A DNA stretch of 64,000 bases from an uncultured Fibrobacteria bacterium (GTDB lineage Bacteria; Fibrobacterota; Fibrobacteria; UBA11236): NCBI GenBank assembly GCA_963716395.1, contig OY970309.1, positions 384,001-448,000 of the forward strand. The letters run 5' to 3'. The notes beneath the pieces are model-generated. The model was not told the DNA's origin and did no database searches. It worked only from the letters and a program-made list of their open reading frames with translations. Both the position numbers and the translations under genes were made by a program. Shown piece after piece: positions 1 through 10,190 of this stretch; the first letter of the stretch is position 1; each line of letters opens with the position of its first letter.

Positions 1-653
1 AATTCACCGGTTCCATTTATCACCTTTCCAGTTGCTTTTCCGGTCGGGGAAAATGATTCGGAAAAAATTAGGCGCTGGTTCCCTTTACTCGGATCTTCTT
101 CGCGGGTCGCCTGTTCTTTCAGACGCAAATTACCGTTGGGAAAATACTCTTCGTCCGAAATAATTAACCCTTTATGACATTGCGCCACCAATTTCTTATT
201 GCCATTGGGCCACCATTCCTGCCATAAGCCCTCTTCTTGACCCGAGTCGTTGTAGTTTTTGATTAAAGATGGGTGGCCGGGGGAGTAAAATATTCTCCCT
301 CCTTCCAACTTGAATGTCCGTTTACGATAATTATTTACGCAACGATTCTTGACCCAAGCGTATCCCAGACTAACCAATTTCCTTCTTTTTTCCCGTTAAC
401 ATAAAAACTGCTGTCATTTTTTTTTCATCGCACTATCAAGATTCATATTGAAAACCCATTATATGCTTATCGCCTTTTGAATTCGGATACGCATTATGTT
501 ATCTGGAATTAGTTTACAATCGACACGTAAGTTCAACTTTTCCATAGGACGTGGATTTTTAATATTTTTCACTCGCACAGCATGTAATATTGCATCCGTA
601 AACAGTTTGAAGATAGAGCGATAACACAACAAAAACATAAACCTTACTTTCAT
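1..653 (-). CDS. Putative immunity protein copy 3 (MORN-variant/YwqK-like), frameshifted, runs off the window edge
   Basis: Starts MKVRFMF at 653, paralogous to 1008..1769. Nucleotides 1-284 are identical to 2252-2535. Several indels lie at ~285-650. Confidence 0.7.
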
Positions 654-1005
654 ATTCTATCCCATTTTTTGAAAGTAGATAATGCAAATTCGGATAAAAA
701 CTTCTCGTATTCATTTCGCTCTGCTTGTTGGTCATCGAACATTTCCCTTCGCGAGCTCCGAAATTTTCAATTCTCTTTATCCCCGCCTTCAGGGCATCCG
801 CTTTTTGTTTTACAGACACCGGATCTTCATCACCCGATCCGGGCGGCGGCAAAGGCAATTGCGACACAAAGCGCAACACCCATTTGAGAATGTGATTGCC
901 GTTCGGAGATTTCGAAGCCCCCTCGGTAGATTTCAATATATCAAGTATGACCGGAAAATCCGCATCTTCGCGTGTTTGCATCAAGGTGATGATGGCCTGG
1001 GCCAA
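650..1005 (-). pseudogene. Orphan toxin C-terminal cassette, second downstream copy (constant arm + variable tip)
   Basis: LAQAIITLMQTRED...KADALKAG is identical to the toxin end, then a divergent tip. It begins 2 nt after the upstream stop with no RBS. Confidence 0.75.
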
Positions 1006-1007
1006 AC

Positions 1008-1769
1008 CTATTGCAGCAACTTTTCCACGGTTTGTGAGTCGGCCTCCTGATTGCTCACTTCGAAGCCGTCTTTATAAACTTCGTGCAAGACGCGATGTTT
1101 GTGCGTGACGCTGTCCGGCTTGGCATCGAATAGCCACGTTTCTCCTGTTCCATTCACCACCCTGCCGGTAGATTTTCCCGCGGGTGAAAAAGTTTCATAG
1201 AAAACCACCTTCGCGTCTTCCTTTGAGGGCTTCGGCTGATACGCTGTTTTTTCCTTTAATCGCAAAACTCCGTTTGGAAAGTATTCTTCATCCTCAATCA
1301 CTTCACCTTTATGACATTGCGCCACCAATTTCTTATTGCCATTGGGCCACCATTCCTGCCATAAGCCCTCTTCTTGGCCGGAGTCGTTGTAGTTTTTGAT
1401 TAAAGATGGGTGGCCGGGGGAAAAATATTCCTCCCTCCTTCCAACTTGAATGCCGTTATGATAATTATTTAAGCACGATTCTTGACCCAAGCTATCCCAG
1501 CACTTACCAATTCCTTCTTTTTTCCCGTTAAGATAAAAACTGCTGTCCATTTTTTTTTGAGTCGCGCTATCAAGATTCATAGAAAACCCATTAATCTTAT
1601 CGCCTTTGAATTCGGCTACCCACATGTTACCTGGAATTAGTTTGCAATCGACGCGAAGCTCAACTTCTCCATAGGAACGGTGGACTTTTTGTTTTTCACC
1701 GCAAGTGTATTTTGCATGTGAATAGTTTGAGATGACTAACACAACAAAAACATAAAGCCTTACTTTCAT
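1008..1769 (-). CDS. Putative immunity protein copy 2, intact (signal peptide + MORN-variant repeats, YwqK-like)
   Basis: 253 aa. N-terminal signal peptide MKVRLYVFVVLVISNYSHA. Repeated motifs YLNGKKEG, EGLWQEWWPNGNKK, EYFPNG. ATG overlaps the TGA of the upstream tip. Confidence 0.8.
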   Translation of the reverse strand: MKVRLYVFVVLVISNYSHAKYTCGEKQKVHRSYGEVELRVDCKLIPGNMWVAEFKGDKINGFSMNLDSATQKKMDSSFYLNGKKEGIGKCWDSLGQESCLNNYHNGIQVGRREEYFSPGHPSLIKNYNDSGQEEGLWQEWWPNGNKKLVAQCHKGEVIEDEEYFPNGVLRLKEKTAYQPKPSKEDAKVVFYETFSPAGKSTGRVVNGTGETWLFDAKPDSVTHKHRVLHEVYKDGFEVSNQEADSQTVEKLLQ

Positions 1770-2119
1770 AAGCTTCCTATTCCATTTTCGGTAAGTAGAT
1801 TATCAAATTCGGATACAAATTCTGGATTAGCCGCCTGCTTGTGGTCAGCGGACCATTTACCCCTCGCGGCTCCAAATTCCCAGATTCTCTTTACCCCCGC
1901 CTTCAGCGCATCCGCTTTTTGTTTTACAGACACCGGATCTTCATCACCCGATCCGGGTGGCGGCAAAGGCAATTGCGACACAAAGCGCAACACCCATTTG
2001 AGAATGTGATTGCCGTTCGGTGATTTCGAAGCCCCCTCGGTAGATTTCAATATATCGAGTATGACCGGAAAATCCGCATCTTCGCGTGTTTGCATCAAGG
2101 TGATGATGGCTTGGGCCAA
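1766..2119 (-). pseudogene. Orphan toxin C-terminal cassette, first downstream copy (117 aa, intact frame)
   Basis: ~76-aa constant arm plus ~40-aa variable tip (VKRIWEFGAARG...ENGIGSL). Its stop overlaps the immunity ATG. Confidence 0.75.
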
Positions 2120-2121
2120 AT

Positions 2122-2887
2122 CTATTGCAGCAACTTTTCCACGGTTTTGGCGTCGGCCTGTGCGTTGTGGACTCGCAGGCCATTCTTGAAGATTTCTTGC
2201 TCCACCCTATAACGCTTTAACGTGCTATCCGGCTCAGCGCTGAAAGTCCATAATTCACCGGTTCCATTTATCACCTTTCCAGTTGCTTTTCCGGTCGGGG
2301 AAAATGATTCGGAAAAAATTAGGCGCTGGTTCCCTTTACTCGGATCTTCTTCGCGGGTCGCCTGTTCTTTCAGACGCAAATTACCGTTGGGAAAATACTC
2401 TTCGTCCGAAATAATTAACCCTTTATGACATTGCGCCACCAATTTCTTATTGCCATTGGGCCACCATTCCTGCCATAAGCCCTCTTCTTGACCCGAGTCG
2501 TTGTAGTTTTTGATTAAAGATGGGTGGCCGGGGGAATAATAATTTTCATCCTTGCCGATTTGGATTCCGTTTCGATAATTCTTTCGAGCAACGATACTTT
2601 CCAAGAGAATCCCAGAACAATACAATCCCATTTTCTTTTCCCATTAATATAAAAACTGCTGTCTTTTTTTCTCCATAGACTATCATAGATTAACTTGCAA
2701 CCCATTCTAATTTCTCCTTTATACTCGGAAACGAAATTACATGTTATCTGAATTAATTCGCAATCGAACTCTAAATTCAACTTTCACCATATAGCGTTTT
2801 TGAACTTTTCTTTTTCTCCGCAAGTATAAGCGCATGCGAAAGCCAAGATGAATAACACATATCAAAAACAGAACAGCCAATTACCAT
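2122..2887 (-). CDS. Putative cognate immunity protein copy 1 (frameshifted in its 5' half)
   Basis: ORF fragments 2514..2780 and 2122..2631 are homologous to 1008..1769. An ATG at 2887 overlaps the toxin end. Confidence 0.7.
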
Positions 2888-5557
2888 AAGCTTCCTATTT
2901 CATTTTCGGTCAGTAGATTATCTGAATTCGATCAAAAAATCTGGCATTCGCTTCTTGTGGTTCATCTGTTTTCATCCAAATACCCCTTCAGCTGCTCCAA
3001 AATCCTTGAATCCGCTTTATCCCCGCCTTCAGCGCATCCGCTTTTTGTTTTACAGACACCGGATCTTCATCACCCGATCCGGGTGGCGGCAAAGGCAATT
3101 GCGACACAAAGCGCAACACCCATTTGAGAATGTGATTGCCGTTCGGTGATTTCGAAGCCCCCTCGGTAGATTTCAATATATCGAGTATGACCGGAAAATC
3201 CGCATCTTCGCGTGTTTGCATCAAGGTGATGATGGCTTGGGCCAAACCTTCGGGAGGAATATTGCGATACATGGTTTGACGCAGAGAAGTACCCATAAAT
3301 CTTCTGCTTGATGGTTTTTATGTTGAGAAGGTGTTCCGACAGCCAGTGTCTTAAAGTCATGCACGGAATTAATGGCTGAATCCGCACCTTCCATAATCAC
3401 ATCTTCGCCCGCGGCTAGCATGGCAAAGGAATAGTCTTTATACGCCGTGAAGGCGTCGTCGATTTCCTTCACATAATGAGAATCGACGGAGTACAGCAAA
3501 TGCCCTAAAAATTCGCAGCCTTGCTTGGCGTCGACTTCCCAGGTCAAACCGCTGCCGCCGCCCAAACCCCAAGCCAGGCTCCAGGAAAAATGAAAACGAA
3601 ACCGCCCGGCACTATAACTCACATGAAAGGATAAGTCGGCCGCAGCGCCGGCCGTGCCTTTCAGTTCGCCTTCGATCTCGGCCAAATCCGCAAATTCTTG
3701 GTGCGCGTCCGGACTCCATTGCGCCGAGAAGGTTATGCCGGCCGTGCCTTGCACGCCGGCCACCGCATGCACATCGGCTTTGGCCGAGGTTTCACTTTTG
3801 GACTTCGATTCCTGGTTGTCGGATTTCTTGTCCTGGCTCAAATCCACGGCCGGAAAGGAAATGCAGCCGTTGGCCGATAGGCCCACGAACAATCCGGCTT
3901 TGCCGTCTATGCAGATCCGCACCAGGCATTGGCCGTTGTTCTCGCGGCAAGAATTTTGGGCTTTGGGATTGCACAAAGTGGGCAGCAAATCCAATCCTTC
4001 GCGTTGGGGCAGAAAAATCTTGCCTGAAAGTTTGCCCTCGAACAAGGCGAAAGACGCGTCGCCCGAAGCCTGCAAGGAAATTTTTTTGTCTTTGAGATCA
4101 AATTCCGCTTTTCCGCTATAACCCAGGGCATAACGCCCGAGGGCCGCTTCGGGGGTGAACTGAAACACATCGTTAGGGTTGGTTTTTTGATCCGACTTTC
4201 GCGGCCATTTCCAGACGCCGCCGACGACAGGTTCGCTTTCAAATAACTTGGCCTTCAGTTTCCCTTTCCATAGGGATTTGTCCTCCCCGTCACTTTTATT
4301 TCGCTTCAGCAATTTGTCCAGGCGCTTCTGCAAGGATTGATCCGAGGCCTTGACCCATTTCCCGGGAATTTTGCGGCCGTCTTGGCGCCAAGCCGCAGGC
4401 ACGTGCACGAAATCCGTCGGCTGGCCCCAACGCGGGTTTTTCTGCACGGTCAACAATTCATCCAAACCTTTTTCGACATCGCCGCCGGGCTTGCCTTCGA
4501 ACAGTGCTTCCCATTCTTTCCGCACCTTTTCCAATTCCTGGGTGCGCGCTTTGGAATCGCTTTGCTTCCAGGCCTCGGCGGTTTTGCCCCGCAAAGCCTG
4601 GGATTTGTTCACATGGGTCGAAAAGGCATTGAAATCCTCCTGCACTTCCAACATCAGGTATTCTTCATTCCGCGGACTATAAAAAATGCAGCCATCAAAA
4701 TCATCCTCGGTGATTTTCAACCCCCCGCTCTTCACTTCGAGCTTGGGCGAGGATTTTTTGGCCTTGAAGTAGAACGCATCGCCCGGCTTCAGCGGACCCA
4801 TGCGCGTTTTTTCCGGCACACACCATTTGGCCACGGCGGCATGGTCGTTGCGTTTTTTCCCCACGGTTCCGGAATAGGTATTCACCATTTCATCCGATCC
4901 GCTTTGGCCTTTGCGGAATAGTTCGAAATGAATGAGATCGCCGGGCATGAGCCCGTCGGTATCGACTTTGAAATGCACGATGTCGCCGATGGCGGCTTCG
5001 GTGAGAATGCTTTCTGAACTGCCGGGCTTGGTATCGTCTTCGATGTAAGCAAAACCCGGGTTCAAAAGCGCCGGTTCCGCCTCTTGGCTTTGCGCCGCCG
5101 CTGCATCCGCATCCTCGGACTTTTTCCTTTTAGGGTTGGCGCGGGCCAAGGCGCGCGTATAGGCCCAATACAGGGCGTGCACGGCATGGTCGAGATGCGA
5201 GCCGGGAGCGACCACCAGCCACGATTCCCGGTGGTGCGGAATTTCGTGGGCGAGAAGGTGAAGGGGAGAATCTTCGGGGCGGCGCGGATATCCCGTGACG
5301 CGGGGAGGTCCGGTGCGGTACAACTCTTCCAACTCGTTGCGGTTCAACCTTTGCAAAACCCTTTCGAGGTCCAGCTGCGTCTGGTTTTTCAGCCAGGCCG
5401 GGCATTCCTTCGGCAGCCTGGGACAGGGGCCGAGGTAGTGAAATCCCCGTATGCGCGGGCTGCCCCCCAGGTAACGGCAAGGTTTCCAGGGGCAATCTTT
5501 ACAGCAAGGCGCCGGGTAGGGCAAAGCTTCGGAAGGTTCGGAAGCGGTTTCAGGCAT
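2881..5557 (-). CDS. Large putative polymorphic toxin / secreted antibacterial effector (~890 aa, frameshifts near the 3' end)
   Basis: ORF 3221..5557 continues through the frames of 3070..3387 (RHWLSEHLLNIK) and 2988..3296 (NIPPEGLAQAII). Gly/Ala-rich beta-patterned C-terminal half. Followed by immunity-like genes. Confidence 0.6.
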
Positions 5558-5639
5558 GGCCCTTCATTTCCTCTAAACGGCCGAACATCTGCTCCGACAA
5601 TCTATGATCCTTTTATCGGAAAATTGCCTTCGCTTGGGA

Positions 5640-7088
5640 TCAAAACCGGGGCGGGGCATCGGGCGGATCGGCTTCGAGGCTGGCTACGGGATCTTGGCAA
5701 TAATCGGCCGCGGTCCAGGCGCCGGGCCGGTGGTTGCCGCTTTCCCCCAATCCTCCGAAAGGCAGTTGGCCGCTGGCGCCGGTCAGCGGCCGGTTCCAAT
5801 TGATCACCCCGGCGCGCACTTCGGCGACAACGCGATCCCAAAGGTCGCGGTGCGCGCTGATCAGACCCGCGGAAAGCCCGAAGCGGGTGGCATTGGCGGC
5901 GGCGATGGCCGCATCGAAATCGCGCACGCGCATCACCTGCAACAGCGGACCGAAAAACTCTTCGTCGGGACGGTCGGACGCGTCCGTCACGTCGATCAAT
6001 CCCGGCGTCAACAAGGCTGCGCTGCGATCGGATCGGGTGAGAGGCACCAACGGTCTCCCACCCGCGGCCCGCAAGCGCGCCTCGGCGGCGAGCAAAGCGT
6101 CGGCCGCCGCCGCATGGATCAGCGGACCCAGGTAAGGCTCGGGCCGATCCGCAGCGCCGCCGACCGTAACCTGCCCGATACGCTCGATCAAGGCTGCGAT
6201 CATCGCTTCGCCCGCCGGGCCGGCGGGAACGATCAAACGCCGGGCGCAGGTGCAGCGTTGGCCCGAAGTGATGTAGGCCGAGGCCACGATGAGTTCGGCC
6301 GCGGCCACGAGATCGGCAGGCTCCCAGACGACCAGCGGATTGTTGCCGCCCAATTCCAGCGCCAGGATTTTTCCCGGCGTCTCCACGAACAGCCGGTTCA
6401 ACGCCACGCCGGCGCGATGGCTGCCGGTGAACAGCAGCCCGTCGATGGCGGCGCGGGCCAAGGCTTCACCCGTTTCGCGCCCACCCGGAACCAGGTTCAA
6501 CACCCCGGCCGGCAAGCCGGCTTCTTCCCACAGCCGCGCGCACAGTTCGGCCGTGCCCGGCGTGAACTCGCTGGGTTTGAACACCACGGCATTGCCTGCC
6601 AGCAAGGCCGGGATGAGATGGCTGTGCGGCAAATGCGCCGGCAAATTGAAGGGACCGAGTACGGCCAACACGCCATGCGGACGATGGCGCAGCACGCCGC
6701 GAAACCCCGCCAGGGTCAAATGCTTTTCTCCGGCGCGTTCCGCTTGCGCGGCCAGGGAGTGATCGGTTTTGGCGATCAAGGTGTCGACTTCCTGCAACGC
6801 CTCCCAATGCGGTTTCCCGGTTTCGTCGGAAACGCGCTCGGCCAATTGCGACCGCGCTTGACGCACGGCCGTTTGAAAGCGTCGCAAAACCTGTATCCGT
6901 GCTTCCCATCCGTTACGGAACCAAAGCGGCTGCGCGGCCCGGGCCGCGGACACAGCGGCATCGACATCGGCGGGATGGGCGGCGCGGCCTTGCCAGATCA
7001 CATCCTGGGTCATGGGATTGCGCGACGCGAACATTTCGCCCCGGCCCTCGCGCCAAACTCCGCCCAGATAGAGTTGCCCCGAATTCAT
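5640..7088 (-). CDS. astD: Succinylglutamate-semialdehyde dehydrogenase
   Basis: ALDH motifs PFNLP, FTGS, LELGGNNP, GQRCTC, EEFFGP, SGNHRP. Start MNSGQLYLGG at 7088 overlaps the astA stop. Confidence 0.9.
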   Translation of the reverse strand: MNSGQLYLGGVWREGRGEMFASRNPMTQDVIWQGRAAHPADVDAAVSAARAAQPLWFRNGWEARIQVLRRFQTAVRQARSQLAERVSDETGKPHWEALQEVDTLIAKTDHSLAAQAERAGEKHLTLAGFRGVLRHRPHGVLAVLGPFNLPAHLPHSHLIPALLAGNAVVFKPSEFTPGTAELCARLWEEAGLPAGVLNLVPGGRETGEALARAAIDGLLFTGSHRAGVALNRLFVETPGKILALELGGNNPLVVWEPADLVAAAELIVASAYITSGQRCTCARRLIVPAGPAGEAMIAALIERIGQVTVGGAADRPEPYLGPLIHAAAADALLAAEARLRAAGGRPLVPLTRSDRSAALLTPGLIDVTDASDRPDEEFFGPLLQVMRVRDFDAAIAAANATRFGLSAGLISAHRDLWDRVVAEVRAGVINWNRPLTGASGQLPFGGLGESGNHRPGAWTAADYCQDPVASLEADPPDAPPRF

Positions 7089-8147
7089 AATTCCTGCAAG
7101 GTCGCGCCGGGCCGCAGGCCCACGGCGCGCACCGTGTCGCCGACCTTGACGTGTAGGGCGCGCGCGGCCCAGCTTTCGATGTGCACGCCGCCGGGCACCA
7201 AAAGAAAGGGTGCCGCCACGGCGCGAAACCCTTGCGCCCGGGTGTTGGAAAGCAAATGCTTTTCGGCATCGAGCCGGCCGCGGATAATCCGGTCCACCGG
7301 CAAGGCGCGGCTGGCTTGCACCGTGCGGATTTTTTCCAGGGCGCAGCTTACCACCGGCCCGCCTTCGAAAATGTCGACCATGCCAGCGGCCCGAAAGCCT
7401 TCGTCCGTCAACAACTTCAGGGCCGGCTCGGTTTCGGGATGCACCTTGCCGATCGCGGCCTGTGCGGCTTTGGGCAGCAGCGGAAGGTAAATCGGGTGCC
7501 GCGGCATCAATTCGGCGATGAAACGTTTGTCTTTCATCACCAGGCGATCCGCATGTTCCAAATCCATGCCGAAAAAATGGCGGCCCAAGGCTTCCCAAAA
7601 CGGCGAGCGGCCGCGGGCGTCGATGCGGCCGCGCATTTCGGCCAGCACCACGGGATCGAAAAAGCGGCGGTGATCGGCCATGAACAAAAATCGGCCCAAC
7701 GACAGCAGGCGACCGGCCGTGCCGTGGCGGCGGTCGGGTTCGAGAAACAAGGTGCCGATTTCCGAAGGGCCGTTGTGTTCGGCCAGCAGCTTGAGCACGC
7801 GCACCTGCTTGCGCACGCCAAGCGTGGCCGAGGCATGGGTTACCGTGTCGACGCGGTAGGCGTAGAACGGCTCAAAGCCGCCCACCTTGGAAACGATGCC
7901 CGATGTGCCCACCACGCGCCGCGCGGCCAGAATCTTCGAGCACGAAGAGATACGTCTCGCCGCCGGGCTTTTCCGCCATGCGCTCGAAACCGCGCCGCGA
8001 ATCGCCGATGCGTCCGCGCAGCACGCCTTCGTCCTGCGGCAAGGTGGTGAGGCCCACGCCCGCCGAGGCGCTGAGCCGCAGCAGGGCCCGGAGATCACGG
8101 GCCTCGACCGAGCGTAACACATAAGGTACGTCTGGTTTCCGCGTCAT
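7085..8147 (-). CDS. astA: Arginine N-succinyltransferase (one frameshift near 7925)
   Basis: N-terminus MTRKPDVPYVLR...GLTTLP...YLFVLED lies in another frame and joins VVGTSGI...SEIGTLFL...AEMRG...SPFW...DIFEGGP. Confidence 0.88.
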
Positions 8148-9532
8148 GCGCAGCGGTCCAGGGCCGCTTCCAGCAGCTCGAGCACGCAATCGACGTCGTG
8201 GTCTTCGACCCCGCCCACGGGCGGCAGAAAGCGCACGCGCGCCGGATCGCCGCCGGCCGTGAAGACGATGACGCCGAGATCGAACAGCGTGCGGCACACC
8301 CGCGCGGTGATTGCGGCCGAACCGTCGAAGGGGGTGAAGGCCACCAGCGCGCCCAGGCCATAGGGGCCGCGCACCCATTGCGGATGCCTGCGCTCCAAAT
8401 CCGCCAGGCCCTCGCGCAGGCGCGAGGAAACCCGCATGATACGGCCGTCGGGGCCGAGATAGCCCTCGTGCAGCAGGGCTTTGACCACGCGCAACCCCGC
8501 GCGGATGGCCGAGGTCGAAGCCGTGTAAGTCTGGCTGATGAGGCCGGGTTTGGGGTTCTGGGCGGCCGTGAACAAGGTGGCGCAGGCCTGGGTCATTTTT
8601 CCCAAGGTTACGATGTCGACGTATGGGTCGAGCCCGAAATGCTGGAAGGCGAATAATTCGTCGGTGCGGCCGAAGGTTTGAATTTCATCGGCGATGATGA
8701 CGACACCGGCCCGGCGCGCGGTTTCGAGCAAGGGCACAAAGAATGCGCGCGTGCCCGCCGCATAGCCGCCGGCTTCGCCTTGAATCCACTCGAAGATCAT
8801 GGCGGCATGGGCGTGGGGATGGCGTTCGAGATGGCCGCGCAGCATCGCAACGGCTTCTTCGCTGGACGCCTCGGGCCGGACGGGATCGTAGAACGGCACA
8901 TAGTCCACCGGCAGGTTACGGGGCAGGCCTTCGCGGTAGGCGGGCTTGTCGGTGATTTGCGCCAGGTCCAAAGTGCGGCCCGCGAAGTTGTGGCGAAAGG
9001 CCAGAATCCGACTCGCAGGATGGCGCTTTTGGAAAGCGATTTTCACGGCGTTTTCATTCGCCATGGCGCCGCTGGTGGTCATTACGCCATGGGCAAACTG
9101 GGCGCCGCGACGATTCGCGCCCTGTACCAGGGATTCCAAGAATTCCAATCCGTCACGGTTTTGCTGCAAATGGCCCTGCATCACGGTGTTTTGCAGGGCC
9201 GCGTCGACGCCAGCCTCCAGCAGATCGGGATGGTTATGGCCGAGAAAATGCACGCCGATGCCGGCGATGAAATCGTATTTCACGCTGCCGTCGGCCAGCT
9301 CGACCAAGCATCCGCGGCCGAATCCGCTGCCGAGATACGGGTAATAGGTCGGGCTGCCGCGCACGGCATTGAGCCGGGCCAGGGCCTCTTCGTATTCCAG
9401 CTTGCGTTCGCTGTGCGGGGGACGCACGCCGGTTACGGCCCGCTGCGCGTCGGCCAAAGCCGCCCGCAACAGGCTTTTGGCCTGAACTACGCGCGCATCA
9501 CATGCCAGTTTTTCCGCGTTCAAGGGCTGCAT
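8144..9532 (-). CDS. Class-III PLP aminotransferase (succinylornithine/acetylornithine transaminase, AstC-like)
   Basis: Motifs SGAMANE, EWIQGEAGG, IADEIQTFGRT, TLGK. Translationally coupled to astA. Confidence 0.8.
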   Translation of the reverse strand: MQPLNAEKLACDARVVQAKSLLRAALADAQRAVTGVRPPHSERKLEYEEALARLNAVRGSPTYYPYLGSGFGRGCLVELADGSVKYDFIAGIGVHFLGHNHPDLLEAGVDAALQNTVMQGHLQQNRDGLEFLESLVQGANRRGAQFAHGVMTTSGAMANENAVKIAFQKRHPASRILAFRHNFAGRTLDLAQITDKPAYREGLPRNLPVDYVPFYDPVRPEASSEEAVAMLRGHLERHPHAHAAMIFEWIQGEAGGYAAGTRAFFVPLLETARRAGVVIIADEIQTFGRTDELFAFQHFGLDPYVDIVTLGKMTQACATLFTAAQNPKPGLISQTYTASTSAIRAGLRVVKALLHEGYLGPDGRIMRVSSRLREGLADLERRHPQWVRGPYGLGALVAFTPFDGSAAITARVCRTLFDLGVIVFTAGGDPARVRFLPPVGGVEDHDVDCVLELLEAALDRCA

Positions 9533-9564
9533 GGGCACCCCGTATTTTAACAAACGCGATTCGC

Positions 9565-9602
9565 CTTCCACCCGATTTCGCCCGCGGCCAACTTCATCAG
9601 CA
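9565..9602. repeat. 38-bp direct repeat, copy 1 (relic 3' end of the M20 hydrolase gene)
   Basis: cttccacccgatttcgcccgcggccaacttcatcagca, identical to 10203-10240. Confidence 0.95.
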
Positions 9603-9610
9603 GCAAGGCA

Positions 9611-9889
9611 TTAAAAACTTTGCCCAACGAAATTGGAACGAGGAGCCGGCTGCCCTTTTAGCAACCCTTCTGTTGAAAGGTCTTCATCGAGCAATTCCCA
9701 GTGAATCCCGTAGCCCCCCCCACAAATGGTCCATTTGGAACGATTTTCAACCGTAGCATGCAGGAGACGGGGATACCAGGCAAGCGGCACCTCAATGATT
9801 CTTCCATCCATCAAGGCGACGGAAAGTCGGTCATCCGTGAAGGCAACATCTTTCACCCTTTCATCAGAACTCGGGGCGAAAATACCCAT
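9611..9889 (-). CDS. DUF2442 family protein (partner of DUF4160, putative TA module)
   Basis: LMDGRIIEVPLAWYPRLLHAT...GYGIHWELLDEDLSTEGLL is typical of DUF2442. Confidence 0.88.
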   Translation of the reverse strand: MGIFAPSSDERVKDVAFTDDRLSVALMDGRIIEVPLAWYPRLLHATVENRSKWTICGGGYGIHWELLDEDLSTEGLLKGQPAPRSNFVGQSF

Positions 9890-10106
9890 TCCAAGCCTCC
9901 CTGAACTTTTGCGAATGTTCCTCAACCAGCATCAATATTTTATTCAATTCTGTGGAACTAAACCCAAAATTTCTGGCCAAACCAATCGGCGATAACCAAA
10001 ATTTGGCGGAAAAGGCATCTCTATCAACGTGAATGTGAGGCGGCTCATTGTTTTCATGGCTAAAAAAATAAAATCGGTAAGGTCCAATCCTTAAAACCGT
10101 GGGCAT
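9864..10106 (-). CDS. DUF4160 family protein (putative TA module)
   Basis: MPTVLRIGPYRFYFFSHENNEPPHIHV...AKFWL is typical of DUF4160. Overlaps the DUF2442 start. AT-richer than the flanks. Confidence 0.9.
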   Translation of the reverse strand: MPTVLRIGPYRFYFFSHENNEPPHIHVDRDAFSAKFWLSPIGLARNFGFSSTELNKILMLVEEHSQKFREAWNGYFRPEF

Positions 10107-10190
10107 AAGCGATAAATAGAAAAGAGTCGGCAGCCATCTCGGCGGAAAACCATTACGAGGAGATGGCGGAGATTGCGCGTACATGTGTAA

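Larger units (their letters stand above)
1..3247. repeat. Tandem array of ~1.11-1.13 kb units. Constant block A (~230 bp) at ~775-1007, ~1889-2120, ~3015-3247; constant block B (116 bp) at 169-284, 1306-1421, 2420-2535
   Basis: Anchor tcaaggtgatgatggc occurs at 981, 2095 and 3221 (periods 1114 and 1126). Block B encodes SPGHPSLIKNYNDSGQEEGLWQEWWPNGNKKLVAQCHKG in all three copies. Confidence 0.95.

Noticed and set aside
1-3247. Diversity-generating retroelement or CRISPR explanation of the repeats
   Set aside because: No reverse transcriptase or cas gene is in the window. The units are ~1.1 kb coding repeats and the differences are not adenine-restricted.
5610-5640. Possible sigma28 promoter upstream of the toxin (CCAAG...TCCGATAA)
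   Set aside because: The spacing is 2 nt too short and both boxes are mismatched.
5604-7490. Long antisense ORFs (also 12725..14452, 24667..26301, 30566..32500, 38072..39454)
   Set aside because: Shadow frames of high-GC genes with no recognisable motifs.
7089-7598. N-terminal extensions given by the ORF track for astD, the kinase (to 34868), the regulator (to 36545) and the GT at 55300
   Set aside because: They overlap neighbouring genes or promoters. Family-like sequence begins at the downstream starts used here.
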